62,736 nucleotides of DNA, filler included, from Choristocarpus tenellus KU-1152 (GCA_964200185.2; 11 parts of 11 records of this genome joined end to end with filler, not necessarily neighbours in it), one strand, 5' to 3'; counted from the whole stretch's first letter, positions 37,576-60,498 are shown. Translations and numbers: made by a program. Notes: a model not told the origin generated them from the letters alone.

Positions 37576-37675
37576 ATTCAAAATAGTCAGATTATCATGA
37601 TATTCAAATTCAAAATAACCAGATTATAATGTTATTCAAATTCAAAATAGTCAGATTATCATGATATTCAAATTC
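37576..37675. repeat. 32-bp tandem repeat, 3 copies
   Basis: Unit ATTCAAAATAGTCAGATTATCATGATATTCAA. Confidence 0.9.
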
Positions 37676-38266
37676 CTGACAGTACATTGTAAAGTAGTTG
37701 CAAACCAAGAGGCATGTACTTGCGTGAACGTACTTTATATATGTGATGATTTTTTTATTTTCAACTTGCGGGGGCTACAGATGCGTCACAGAAATACCTT
37801 TTATTGTTATTTTGCTCATCTCATGTTGTGTTGTAAGTAAGTGTGCTCTCTGTAGCAATGAGTAGTATTTGGTATGTCACTGTGTAGTGTACAGCTTGCT
37901 TGGTGTGCTTTATACATGAGTAGAATCCCAGGACTATTCTGAGCAACAGGTATTTGTTGTAGTTGGCTTGCTGTCTGTGAGATTTGCGTGTTCGGATGTC
38001 TGGACCATCTCAGTCTACTTTCTCTTTCAAGCATGGTTTTCAGGGAGAGGCAGGGGGGGGGGGGAGATGGAGAGGAAATAAGAGTTTTGTTGCAAACATA
38101 GTGAAAGATGATAAATGCATTATATTTTTCTTTCTAGCTTGTTTTATTATTTGTAGCTAGGAAGTTTGCAAGATTTTCTGTTATTGAGTCATTATTTGGA
38201 GTTTTATTGTGCTCCTTGCAATGACACTCAACCTGGTGAGTGATTGATAAATTCTTTTTACTGCAG

Positions 38267-41200
38267 ATGAAGGCAACTTGCTCAGTATGGTGCCCCCTAC
38301 AATAGAGGCACTGATGGACATCATGGAGGGCAGCAGGAACCTTACTGAGCTTCAGGAAAATGATATCAAGGAAGATGTGTTGGAGCAGTGCCGAGGGCTG
38401 ATAGATGGGGTCATCGGGAAGGTGTAAATGTTGTCATTGTTTGGAGGAGAGACATTGGGGGGTGCAGATTTGGCAGGCCGATGTTCACATTTATGGGGAT
38501 GGAGGTTTTGTGGGGGCAGGAGATGGAGGAGCTTTTGTGTAGTATTTGAGGGTATGAGTGTGATTGCTACTGTGTTAGTGCTTTCTTGTCTGTATCTGAA
38601 ATATAGTTGCCTTATTCAACCACTGGGTATAAGTGTTGGCTGCAATCTGTGTTTCATATATATATATATATATTTTACGTAAGTTTGATCATGAAGGTGG
38701 TCACATGTATTCCACATCTCAAGTGTCCAATGATTCAAATCCCAGCTGTCTCAGTAAACCACTTCAACAACGTAGTGTCCACACTCTGCCCCACCCAACA
38801 CAATGACCACAACACGAACACACACCCAACACAATGGCCACAACACGAAGACACAATCAACGCAATGACCACAACACGAAGACACAACCAACGCAATGAC
38901 CACAACACGAAGACACAACCAACGCAATGACCACAACACAAACACACAACCAACACAATGACCACAACACAAATACCCAATATACCTCGGGCTATGTCAT
39001 AGGTGGAGCACCTGGAGGGCAGCAGTGAGGCAGAGATGGATCGATACCTTAAGGCACACGATGACCTATTGGCTGTAGTACGACTATATGATGATGTAGC
39101 AAGTGGAAAGACTACGCTGCCCTTAACATGGACTGGGGCTGGAAAAGGAAGAGGTGGGGGAGGGGGGGCAAGGGGAATCGGTGAGGTGGATGACTCACCG
39201 GAAGATGAAGGGTATACCCAGAAGAAACCTGGTCAGGGGGGGGAGGGGGAATTGGGAGGTGTTCTGAAAGATGCTGTTGCAACAGAAGACCTGCTGAATC
39301 TCGATGAGTTTGGGTTTCCTACTGTGGGTTCGTCAGCAATGGGGACTAAGGTGGGAGGCGGAGGAGATGGAGGGGGAGGGGGAAGAGGTGGAGGAGTTTT
39401 ATCTGGGGAAGGTATGTCAGAGGGGAATGGAGGAGGACACAGTTTGGTCTTGACAAGTGGAAATCCTTTCCAGCTGGCAGAGGAGCAACTGCAGCATCAG
39501 CAACAGCAAGTTTGGCAACCTAATGGAGGTGGGCTTGAACCAAAAAGTAGATGACATTAGACGTTGTGTAAGGAGGGGGAGGGTTTGGGGGCGGGGAATG
39601 AGAGGGCTATGTAATAGGTATCAAGTTTGAGGGGGGGGAAGGGGGAGATAGGGTTAGTGTTGGTACGCTGCCACAGTAAGAGTCATCATTGTCACGCTTG
39701 CCTTCACAGATTGGATAAGTCATTCAGTCTTCCCGAATTGCTCTAGGAAGCAGGGGGTGGGGATAGCAACCAGGGAGGGCCTATCGATTTTTTTATTTTT
39801 TAAATGAAAGATGAAAGATGGAGTGGAGCGTTATGAGAGGGGTGTGACTGCGTGGGAGGCCCCTCACATGGTACTTGCTGATGCTACTCAGTCGCACAGA
39901 CTGTTGGGCAGGAGGAGTGGGGGGGTGGAAATTTGCATGATTAAATGTTTTGCACTAGTACTTGTATAGTACACACACGTGGATGGAGATATTTTGGGGG
40001 GCGGGAAAGCAGGTTCAAGGGTGTTTTGTGAGGAGGGAGGACTTGCAGTTGATGGAGGGGGTAACATGACATGGTTTAGCTTATGATAGATAAATCTCTG
40101 AAACCCATGAACCCTGCTGTTTTGTTCAATGCAGTGAAATATAGTTTAGTAAGAGCTGAAGAAGTGACTTTAAATTCACATGTGTTTGACTTGAAGTGTA
40201 AAACATTTATCAATTTGAAGTGGATACCCAACTCTTCATACTTTAACTCCCCCCCACCCCCCCCACCTTCCTCTTGTATGCGGCGTTTGGTGGTTGAGTT
40301 TGAACAGACTCAGCTCGTCTGAACACATGTGTCATGTGCTCCCAATACTGGCGCCATATATAGATATTGTAGTAGTAACCAACTGAACCAGATTCATTCC
40401 ATTCATCCCCACATACAGGTCAGCAGAAGCAGCAAGTTTATGTGAGCCCATTTGATGTGTACACCAATTCAGCAGGGGGATTAGGAGGGGGAAGGGGAGG
40501 GGGAGGCAGCATCTCCTCCCTGGGTGCATCTCAGGGAATGACATCAGTGCTCAGTAACAACATTGGCCAACCGCCCGCACAATCATCATTGCTGTCACCG
40601 TGGAGTGAACCTAGTCAGGGTTTGCAGCAAACCCCAAAATTAGGACATCAAAGAGGGGATGCAGTGTCAGGCTCTTCATCGACTTCAGGATCATTAGTGG
40701 GCTTCCCCCCACCCCAGGCGAGTGTTGGGGGTGCAAATGGTCAACTGTTTTATCAGGGGGGGCAGGTGACAGGTGGGAGAGGGGGGAGGGGAATGAGTGT
40801 GGCAGAGGGGTGGAGTGGAGATACGTATGCAAAGTCAGGGGCAATGGTGCCGTACTCGGTGCCACCTTCCGGCACTGCAGCAATCTCTACCTCTGAGACG
40901 TCTTCGAACACACCATCCTCTCATCCATTCGCTGCAGCACCTCTTGGATCATCTGGAAGCACGACCACTGCCTCTTCTGCCTGGGCTGGTTCTTCAGAAG
41001 GTGCATTGGTTGTATATTCTCCAGCGGATGCTCCAGCGCCATCATCCAATGTGGGCACCCCCACAGTAGCTTTGTTCTCTCAGCAGCCAGACCCTTTCCA
41101 CGCCCCTGCAGGTGTGGTGCCAACACAGCCTCCAATGGACCCTTTTGCTGTGCCACTTCAACCACCAGCCAAGGTCAGCACAGGGCATCCCTTTGGCGCT

Positions 41201-41496
41201 CAGCCGCCTCCACCAAGCTGGATAGGTGGTACTAATGGTGGGCAGCAGCGGGGGGGGTTAGTTGACCTGTTTGATTCTACTGTAACCTCCACACCACAGC
41301 AGCAGGGACAAGTGCAACAACAGTGGACCACGCAGACAGGTGTAGTAAGTAGGACGACTTCGGCTGCTGGAGTTTCACATTCACAGGTGTTGGTTCATCC
41401 ACATGGTGCCTTTCCTGCCCCTGCCCCTGCCCCAGGTGTGTTAAACCCGTCAGCAGGAAGCCCATTTGACAATAGTCAGTCCATGCCTTTTGGGGG
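38267..41496 (+). CDS. GAT-domain TOM1/GGA-like membrane-trafficking adaptor, internal exons
   Basis: Exons 38267-38421, 39003-39528, 40419->41496 (phases 1/0, 0/1, 1). GAT-like helices ELQENDIKEDVLEQCRGLIDGVIGK-VEHLEGSSEAEMDRYLKAHDDLLAVVRLYD. The disordered tail has clathrin-box-like LLNLD, an LVDLFD motif, NPF and two DPF motifs. Confidence 0.75.
38796..38972. repeat. 31-bp minisatellite, about 6 copies, in an intron of the GAT gene
   Basis: Unit CAACGCAATGACCACAACACGAAGACACAAC, no spacers. Confidence 0.93.
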
Positions 41497-41935
41497 NNNN
41501 NNNNNNNNNNNNNNNNNNNNNNNNNNNNNNNNNNNNNNNNTTAATTAATTAANNNNNNNNNNNNNNNNNNNNNNNNNNNNNNNNNNNNNNNNNNNNCCCC
41601 CCCCCCCCCCCCCCACGTTGAAAAACATCCCACACATTTGCGATTTCACACAGTGCATTGAACAACACGTTAGGTCATATCTTGTAAATATCTGCACAAG
41701 AGTGCCATTAAAATTACTCAATATATTTTTCTGGGAGGGGGGAAGGGAGCCTGCAGGTTGCCGGTTGCAAAGTCTTCAATTTTTGGCTCAGTATGTCCTA
41801 ATGATGTGATATCGAATGCCTTTTCATTGGCATGGATACCACTTACTCCAAGCATTTAATTCTATCACGCTCTTTTTTTGTAGAGTGCCACTGCGCCCAC
41901 CCGTCAGTCTTTGGGATGACTAACCTAATACACTG

Positions 41936-42177
41936 GGGTCAAAGTAAACGAGAGGTACCCAGGTTTTGACCTTTTTGCATTATTAAAGTCATTTTTTCCA
42001 ATATTTTGCAATTCACTGATATTTCTATGGATGAAGTGCTAATTTTGACTTGAGAATGTTGATTTCTCTCTATTGTTTGGAAAATAATTTTCGGCAGAGT
42101 TCAGAAAATATCCTGTACACATACTTGTCAGTATCTCTAGAAGTGCAACCCTATATACCTCTCTTTTGCTTTGAGCC
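41936..42177. mobile_element. MITE family C, inverted copy; partial copy also at 7926-8029
   Basis: GGGTCAAAGTAAACGAGAGGTAC...TACCTCTCTTTTGCTTTGAGCC, with interior similar to the reverse complement of 34327-34597. Confidence 0.75.
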
Positions 42178-43288
42178 ACCAACTTAACCAGATTATTAGT
42201 AATGCCAATCGTGCTCTCAATACAGCAGTAGCACCTTAGTTAGGGTGTACCCCAATGGGTCAACTGATGGTGGACAAGGTCGGCAAAATAATACAAGTAT
42301 TGATACCTGCTGTTTGCCCCTCTGTGTGCTAGGAAGAGCATATAGAGGTTCAAACAAAGAGGTTGATGAGTGCAACACTAGAGAAGGACTATGGGTGAGT
42401 AGTGGAGGGGGGTGAAGGAAAGGATGTCGTGGAATTTGGGCGGAGGGGTTGGGGGGGAGGAAAGGGTGGGAATAAGCAGTCGGTGTGAGGAAATACAAGA
42501 TATAAAAGGGGGAAAGAGGTTACCTTTGTCCTTTCCTTTGTCATCTGGTGAACCGAGTGAACAGCGTGAATAGCTAACCTCACTCGGAAAAAGCACTGCA
42601 ATGTTGTAGAGGCTCTCTCCTCCATTTTTCTGATTGGACCCACCACGGGTTCGAAGCAGTTAATTTTTTCGAGGGGGTAACAAGAGAGGGAGGGAGGGAG
42701 TAGGGGGAGGGGTTCATAGGGGTGAGGAGGCAAGTGATTTGGGAGGAGGAATCTTCCCTATTTTGCTGCTGGGTGGCTTTCAACGGTAGCATGAAGGGCT
42801 TTGTTGGAGTGAGGCATCAATTTGTTGGGCCTGAAGACGTTAGGCTACACCCTTTGTCCAGATACGCTGCACAGTATTTGCAACGTTTTTGCAACAGCAG
42901 TCCTCATCTCCAGTCGCTTCTTGACTACCGCCATTTTCCTTAACCCTAACCCCTGAACACTCAATCCTTGCACTTCAAAGGGCCAATGTGAGCTTAGTAA
43001 AATCGAGACCTTCCAGCAAAAACAATAAAGCTGGTGGCGGTTCAAGGACTACCAGAGAGTTCTCTTTTGTAACGGAACCTGAGGACCTTGATCCCTTCCT
43101 TTTTGGTTGTCAACAACCTCAAGAAAGAGAGGCATAGAGTGCTGTTGGTGAATCAGGTGTCACTTGTTGGCAGAAGCTGTCTAAGTACACAAAGGTGGAG
43201 CGCTGGGAGGGGATAAGAAGCTTAAAGTGATTTATTGACGTATTTTACAGTGCGCTTGCTCTCAGTCGGAAAATGTTGGACCGACAAT

Positions 43289-43548
43289 GAGTGAACGTAT
43301 CTTAGAGGGTAGGAGTTTTTCCCTGTTTGTCCATCTGAGGCTTGGATTCCCACGGGGTGTTTTGATGTCTTGTTACCTACTCCGAAATGTTTTGGACTAG
43401 GTAAAATGTACACGTTATGAAAAGGTGTGTCTGGAACAAGGATATTGACACTTCCTAACAAACATAGTAGCCAAAACTACAGCAAGCTTTCAACATTGGA
43501 TTTTGACCACAAACGGACGCGGCTCTACCCTCTAAGATACTTTGACTC
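43289..43548. mobile_element. MITE family A (260 bp), PIF/Harbinger-like
   Basis: TIRs GAGTGAACGTATCTTAGAGGGTAG / CTACCCTCTAAGATACTTTGACTC, 3-bp TSD AAT. Confidence 0.85.
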
Positions 43549-43765
43549 AATACTTCAAGACCATGTACCTCAATTGCTTTGCCCTAGTCTGGAGCATTCT
43601 CCGAAGCAGCTTCTTCGCAAGAAAAGTTCGAGCAAACCTCTGGATTTTGAAGGCAAAGCAAAGGGGACGGGGGAGGACAGGATAGTAGTTGGAGTTCATC
43701 TGAGCAGCCTAACGTTGTAGTGCCTCATAGAATAGTTATTTTCGTCTGACATAATTCGATCCTAA

Positions 43766-44027
43766 GAACCAAAGTATCTTAGAGGGTACGACTGCATCCA
43801 TTTGGGGGCCAAAATTCATTGTTATTTTGATATAATTTTGGCTAATGTGTTTATTAGGAGTTGTCAATATCCTTGTTCCAGACACATCTTTTCGTAACAT
43901 ACACATTTTACCTACTCCTAAAATTTTTGGAGTAGGAAAGTGCCATAAGAAAACCCATGGGAAGCCAAGCCCCAAACGGACAAACAGGGCAAAACTCGTA
44001 CCCTCTCTTAATAAGATACTTCCACTC
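43766..44027. mobile_element. MITE family A (262 bp), inverted relative to the 43289 copy
   Basis: TIRs GAACCAAAGTATCTTAGAGGGTAC / AAGATACTTCCACTC, 3-bp TSD TAA. Confidence 0.85.
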
Positions 44028-45882
44028 TAAAAACGATTTGGGCGCTCTAGGGTGTGTGCAAAGTGTATTTTTCTGTCAGGGTTAAGGGGCAGGTGTGGGA
44101 CAGGCAAGTGGGAGGCGAGGGCGGATGAGGGGAGGATCAGAGGAGCAAGGGAGTCATGTGCTGGTACATGCTGGGGTTGGACAGGCTCAAAGTATCTGGG
44201 AGGGGGTGGCAGCTGTCCATTTAGGGTCAATTTTTTCATGTCGCGATTTTTGGNNNNNNNNNNNNNNNNNNNNNNNNNNNNNNNNNNNNNNNNNNNNTTA
44301 ATTAATTAANNNNNNNNNNNNNNNNNNNNNNNNNNNNNNNNNNNNNNNNNNNNCCTCCACAAGCACCGAAATAGTTTTGAACAATATATATATCCCATTC
44401 GTAGCGGGGCCCTTAAAAAGTGCCGCAACATTTACAAAAAAAACATATCCGCACTTTTTCCGCACCATTTTGGGTTAAACCCATCCTCAATTTTTAAAAT
44501 CCCCTGTTAGGTTGTCGAGGCAAAGATTAATCTACTTGGTACTTCAAAATATATACATTATTTAGTGACCAACTACGACTCCTGTGCGAAAGAATTACCA
44601 TCACTTCACTTTCGAAATAACTCCCTTGCAGTCATTCTCTCAATCTAAGACCTATAAATGAAATGCGCTATCACTACCACACACCATTCTAACTATTTAT
44701 GTTGGAAATGATTCGAAAATGATCGTACTTGGAGTTCGTTCTGTTTTTTAATGATGCGCTACATCTCTACAATAAAATGCTTTACGAAATATATTCCATT
44801 ATCGCTACAACATTGAACAGACTATAAAAGGCTAGACGGGTGTACCTAGTATGGCATTTGTACGATGTGTGTGTCTACACATTTCTCCCTCTAAATGCTT
44901 TTTGTCTTCTCCCAAAAAGTGCTTAGAAAATTGACTCAACTCCCCATCAACATCGATGAGTCACTGATGAATACACCAATTTTTCCTGAAAGGCGAACAA
45001 AAAAACCCCTGTCCACTAACAATGGCAACTTGTTCATTTTTTTTCTTCCATTTCTGGGCTTACCTCTAGAAAGGGGCTAGGCACCACAGCGCATTCAATG
45101 ATGTCCCTCATTGGTCTGACGCAATGTACAAAATTCATGCTGTCTAACATACAGCTTTCATGAAAATAGTAGCTTCTCAGAAAAGTCACAAACAACATAC
45201 TTCCATTTCCTCGTGAGAATCTAACAACAATCACTTACCCAGATCATCATTTTACACTTCATCGAAGATATGTATCTTATCTTCCTTCGATGGCAATGCT
45301 GTGTTGTTTGTCTTCCACTGACTGTGGTAGCAATGGGGGTATCAAAAGGATCTCACACTGAGCAACGCATTTTTTCCTGTTGCCAAATCCCCCCCACCCA
45401 AAGCAGACACAAAATCAGCTTTACGCTCCACCTTCCTCTTCTTGCCTTTATCCATGGGCAACCTAATGAACTGAAATTGGATGCAGCCATTACAACAACA
45501 CAGAGCATACATGGTGAGGCTGACGGCCCATGCCTTGCAAGGTTTCCATGCAAGGCCTTTAATTCTCCATGGGGGATGAGAAGGTTGTATCTAAGAACCC
45601 TTCACATCAATCAAATTGACATATGCATGAAATTAGAGTATAGATAAATAAGACTTGTGCATTAATTGAGCTTGCTAAAAGCACTGAGGTTCAATTCCCC
45701 TCATTGGACCGAAAATTAGCCCAGCTTTTACCGGCATTTAGGTTGCCATCATGCTTCCAATGATTTCGCCAGACATGGAGAAATGATGGTATTGCTTGAT
45801 GGCGTATCGTCCTCTTGCAGAAAGGTGCCAGTCATGTACAATTTGTTAACCACCCCAATTTCATCTTTCAACTGCCAAGTCA

Positions 45883-55555
<9,673 letters not shown>

Positions 55556-56445
55556 TTGGAAAGTTCGTTCTGCACGCAATTTCTACAAAATCCCTGCACC
55601 TGCTTAGCAAAGACACTTGCCAATACCGATCTAGATCCTCTTCTCTTCCCCACGCTTCGCAACAACCTTCTGAAAAAAGGCAAAAAGTCCGTTGGAACTT
55701 GCCATAAGCTGGAGATAGCTGATAGATGTTAATTGAGTTTCCCTACACCAACAAAGTGTTGCTTGCATTTTTATTTTTATTTGAATTGATAGACAAAAAG
55801 TGTGCGATTTGTTTGGTGTTTATATTGTACCTCAGGTGCTTCGATTCGAGATCGAAGTGTCAATAGCAATGGATGGGTCTTTCTTGCTCGTCCCAATAAA
55901 CCCGCGTACCATCCAATCCATCGCGACTGACACAGGGTAATCTTTCGTCTCTGCTTATACCTAGCTGGTTGGAACTCTCAAGCCTGCGTTGTCTTCCTGT
56001 GTCGAAGGGGATCGACGTTGATAGGTTGTTGTGTTGGACGATTAAGTGATCACGGTGTGTCACACACCGTGGAAGGAGTTTCATCGTTCTATAACCTGTG
56101 CATCATACACTTTGGAAGTGCGCAGATGTTCCTGGCAGCAGATTTATTCAGATAGAGCTAGAAGAGAGGTGAGCCAAGCATAGGTGCATCTCGCGAACTT
56201 GATCCCCCGTCCTAGGTCTGTGGATTTTGAGGTCGTTTCCCGGTGAATGCCAGCTTTGTTGCTGTCCACTGGTCACCAGGCCTCGGAAGAACTCTTACCG
56301 TGACATAAGGCGATATTGCATTATAGCGTGTTACCAATCAACTCCTTACGTCGTCTGAAATGCTCTACTTCGTCACTCCTGTTGTTTCGCCAACAATGTG
56401 CTCCGACTCTGGCGGTGTGTTGGTCTGGCGGGTGAACTGAAGGTC

Positions 56446-58603
56446 ATGAGCATGGGGGATGGTCTACCAACTAGCCAAATGGGCATGGATCCAAATCCTT
56501 ACAGTGTCGATATATTGGGCCACGCAAAGAAGTCATTGCCCGATGAGATGTACTCGAGGTCGGTAGGGATGGTGGAACCGTCCCACTACAACGGAACACA
56601 AGGTACCTCTTCGACTAACGTTGCCAATATAGAGGCGGGAGAACAAGCAAACGATACATATGCTGTCCATAACGGTGGAGATTATATGAACTCGTTCAAA
56701 GTGGAGGGACCGCGTGCTGGTCATGCACGGGAAAGTGCGGTCATCCTTGAGGGGAGGACTTCCAAGTTCATGACAAGTTCCCCAACCCCCCAGGAGAGGG
56801 CGAATGTCTTGGTTAACCGAAGTTTTGTTCCAAGTGAACTACATTTCAGCGAGATGGAGTCGCAGGAAGGGACAACTGGGATAGTTGAAATGGAGGGGGT
56901 GGGGCAAAGTATACCTGTAGAGGCTTCCTTAGTGGATGCCGATGTCTTAACGCCTTCCCGAGCTGCCAGCACCAGTCGCCCCAATCCAAAGAAGAAAGCT
57001 CGAAAACCCCGACCATCGCGCCCCAAGAAGTCAACAGGAGTATCAAACCCTGTACGCAAGAGGCGGAAGGTGAAGACACCACGGCCCCCAGATGTGCCTC
57101 TTGGGGAAGGGGGAAGGGAGAAGGCAATGGGCGTGCTTCGAGCTCTGGTGGAAAATCCCCTTTCTGATGAGTTCCACAAACCTGTCACTGAGTTGCATCC
57201 CGAGGTGAAGACAAATTACCATCCTACTCTTGCACAAAGTCCACCTGAAATCTCTGCTCCCGCGCTGTTTCGGTCTTGGTGATGACTCAGGCATTTTTCT
57301 GTGTTTCACGTGTTTTCTATATCTACGCGAAATCTTTGTTCAGGGTTGTGATGGAGAGGAAGAGAGCAAGGGTAAATGACCAAAGTTGGTGTATGCATCC
57401 ATGCCACTGCCTCTGAACCCTGGTACTGTTTGAGGTTTTTTGTTTTGAACTTTGGCGTATTTTTTTTATCAATCTGGATACTTGATCCGTGGTCTTCTTT
57501 TGCTATTTGCCAATATGTCCAACGTCAGGTCCTCCTTCCTCATCTTGCAAATCTGTCTTATAGACTCTGCAAGGATTGTCTGTAAGGAGCATTGCAAGGA
57601 GTAGTCATCAGCAAGGACTTTCCGCCAACCCCAAACCACACCCTAGTCCTGATTGCCCTGCCTCACACAATACGTGTCATTATTATTAAAGTTCTCTGCT
57701 TTGCCTTCAAGTGGAAGAGACAGAATACGCATTGATATATTTCTGCCAATACTTGCTTGAATTTGTACCTCTGTTGCTGTCCCTTTTTTTTTCCATTCAT
57801 TCAACACAGCTGACTGAGCGCTACACATCAGTGGTGCGTCGACCTATAGACCTCCATACAGTAGCCCGCCGGCTTCGGCGAGGTACCTATGACAATGCCT
57901 GCGACAGGTTGTACCGGGATATCAGCCGCATCTTCAGCAACTGTGAGCTTTTCAACAAGGACTCAAGCCAGATCTTTGTTAGCATCGCCCGATACCTGCA
58001 GGTGTGAAAACGGTTACATACATGACTGCCAGCTTTTTTCCAATCCTCTGTTGCCATTTGACATTTGTAGGTATGTATGCATGTGAATGAAGGAATGTGG
58101 ACAAGCAGTCAACTTTGCTTGTTGTCAATGATTGTTTTCATGATTATCAGTATCTTCAGAATGTTGTCCTAAAACACTTTTTTTTGTGTCAGGATTTATT
58201 TGAGTGCCTGTGGGCTGAGGCAAGGCTACCTGTGGTGGGAAGCTCGCCAGCAGTTGTAGCTAGGAAGTGCTCTGCCCTTCGTGCAGTTCGCTACAGGCTG
58301 TGCTGGGGAACTGTCCTGCGAGGGCCCTTGCTCTCCGCAGCGCGATCAGCTATAGCAGCAGCTGGCAAGGCTGCTGCATTAGGAGGAGGACCTGATGGGA
58401 TCGAACTGGAGAGGCGAATTGTGGGAGAGCTTGAAGCCCTCATTGAGCAAGCAGCAGAGGAAGAGGAAGTGGATGGAGATAGAGGAGATTTGGGAATGGA
58501 TAGGACAGTACCAGGGAAAAATTCCCTGACACTAAGTGCCTTCCTGTTGCGAGCATGCAGGGTGCTGGGGCTTTCACCACATACCCCCCCCCTCCCCAGG
58601 CAG
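56446..58603 (+). CDS. Bromodomain-containing protein, 5' part (truncated by contig end)
   Basis: Exons 56446-57204, 57810-58001, 58193->58603 (phase-0 GT-AG). Spliced sequence LRALVENPLSDEFHKPV..RYTSVVRRPIDLHTVARRLRRGTY..RDISRIFSNCELFN..ARYLQDLFE fits a bromodomain including the conserved Asn. Basic NLS-like stretch (KKKARKPRP, RKRRKVK) upstream. Start codon uncertain. Confidence 0.88.
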
Positions 58604-58703
58604 NNNNNNNNNNNNNNNNNNNNNNNNNNNNNNNNNNNNNNNNNNNNTTAATTAATTAANNNNNNNNNNNNNNNNNNNNNNNNNNNNNNNNNNNNNNNNN
58701 NNN

Positions 58704-58955
58704 GCTTCCACTTTCTTCCTCTACCAGCAACGTACTGTACTGCTGTGTGGTCATGACTCAGGAAGAAAGGCACTTTTCGCGATAAATTTTTACGCGCGCG
58801 CCAAACTCGCGTGAGTATCTCCCCGATTCTCTGTACCAAATCGCTCGAATACGAGAATTTCGGTACAAAAGCCTATTTTTTTTAGTATGTCGAAAAAAGC
58901 GGTACAAAAATGGGGTTGGTATATAATACTTGGTATAAAATAGGTGTAGGTACTG
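58704..58955. mobile_element. Second copy of the Tc1/mariner-pogo-type terminus
   Basis: Colinear with 30637-30915 (ACGTACTGTACTGCTGT, TTTTACGCGCGCGCCA, CGAATACGAGAATT), ends TACTG-TA. Confidence 0.65.
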
Positions 58956-60498
58956 TAGCTACATCACATGGACTCAATTCAACACAATAATCTCATATAC
59001 ACAAAATAAGGTACACCTCACTATTGTCCTATTTTGCACAGGATGTCCTGGTCGACTGCATCATATCACGGCACGCACCACCCACCAAAATGCAATGGGT
59101 GGTTGACATTGACTCCGGTAGTGCACAGATGACCACACTATGAAACATGTGCATTACCGTAACAAACTTCGTCTTGCTAGTGACGCATATTCCTTCCATC
59201 TTTGCGATGGAGACCCATATAATACTGGCAATAGCAGCTCCATGTACCAACATTGAGGGGCATAGTGAACAACGAATGTGAAGAGAGAGACGAGAATTGA
59301 CCACGGAGATCCTGAACCACCAGGCGACAGAGCCGTGCGGTTCAAGAACTCGACTCCTTCGTTTCTCAGAGTACGGTGTCATGGCAAACGCTCTCCTCCT
59401 TTGGTCAAGCATGTGTAGGTGCACACGTGGGTGGGTACAGGGCAAGAGTTCGGATGCTCACCATCAACCACGAGAGAGACCAAATCTATGTACCATCTCA
59501 TACTGCGGTTGCCTATCCCTGCATTGCCAGCCTCTACTTCTTCTGCATCACTATCTTCACCCTCTTTGTATCCTCGCCTTTCCTCTCCCAGCATGCATGA
59601 GGTTCTCTTCTTCGCCAGCCCTTGACAACAAGTGATGACACATTGACTGTCCCCCTGTACGAACATAGAGGGATAATGGGCAATCTAGTATCTATTAGCA
59701 TACAGGCATATTTCAGGCAATGTTCCTAACTTACTGTATGTGTTGGCACACGAAAAAATATTTGAACGTGAAGCATTGTGGTGCCGATCTCACTATGTGG
59801 AGCCATCAGTTTTGATACTTCGCAATATTGATGGCAGACAGCAATTGGTGATAATAATTGATAGGTAAAGGAACGTTCGAGATCGATTGTGTTCTGTTTT
59901 GTCACAAGTGTATGTGGGTTAATTCATTCTGGGTTTAAGAATCATTTTGTCCAGCGCAGCCATGCCATACTTTCTCAGTTTGGCTATGACCATGTGTAGT
60001 GTCTGTTCTATGTAGCGTGAAAAGTAGATGATCTCCAATGGAGATCAATTTTCACACTTGTTTTTGAAATTGCTGGGTTCAGTTTCGGATGCGGCACTCT
60101 GGGTGGATTTCGTTGGCACTGTACTTCAGTCAAGTGAGGTCCGTCCCCTTGGGGACAGCGCATCAACCCCACCGACGACAAAACAACCGTGTGCCATCAG
60201 CCCTAACCAAGACGTTTATTACGTACCTACGCGTTATTATGTTAATAGTAAGATGGAAGAAAGTCGGAGCGAGCCAATAACTCCCAGTACATTTTTTGTT
60301 TACGTACCATATATTTAAACCTCCCAAGGGGTGTAACCCCACACACACACACTCACGCGCGCCATTTTTTTGTTCTTTCTTACAGACTATTGACGCCAAG
60401 TGCGCACGTTAATTATGTGCATGAGTTACTTACTTTTATGTCCTACCCAGTGCTATTTTTCATCAGTTACATTCCATTCACACTTTGTTTGGGTACTA

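Noticed and set aside
38796-38972. 31-bp repeats (also the 32-bp repeats at 37576 and 14-bp repeats at 35594) as a CRISPR-like array
   Set aside because: Units are contiguous with no unique spacers, there are no cas genes, and the context is eukaryotic.
40442-41548. ORFs 40442, 39003, 55052, 54084 and 27730 as standalone genes
   Set aside because: They are exons of spliced genes; ORF-track starts and ends run into introns or linkers.
59029-59700. Overlapping ORFs with faint retroelement-like words (HYAPQ)
   Set aside because: No ordered motif series; cannot be assigned.
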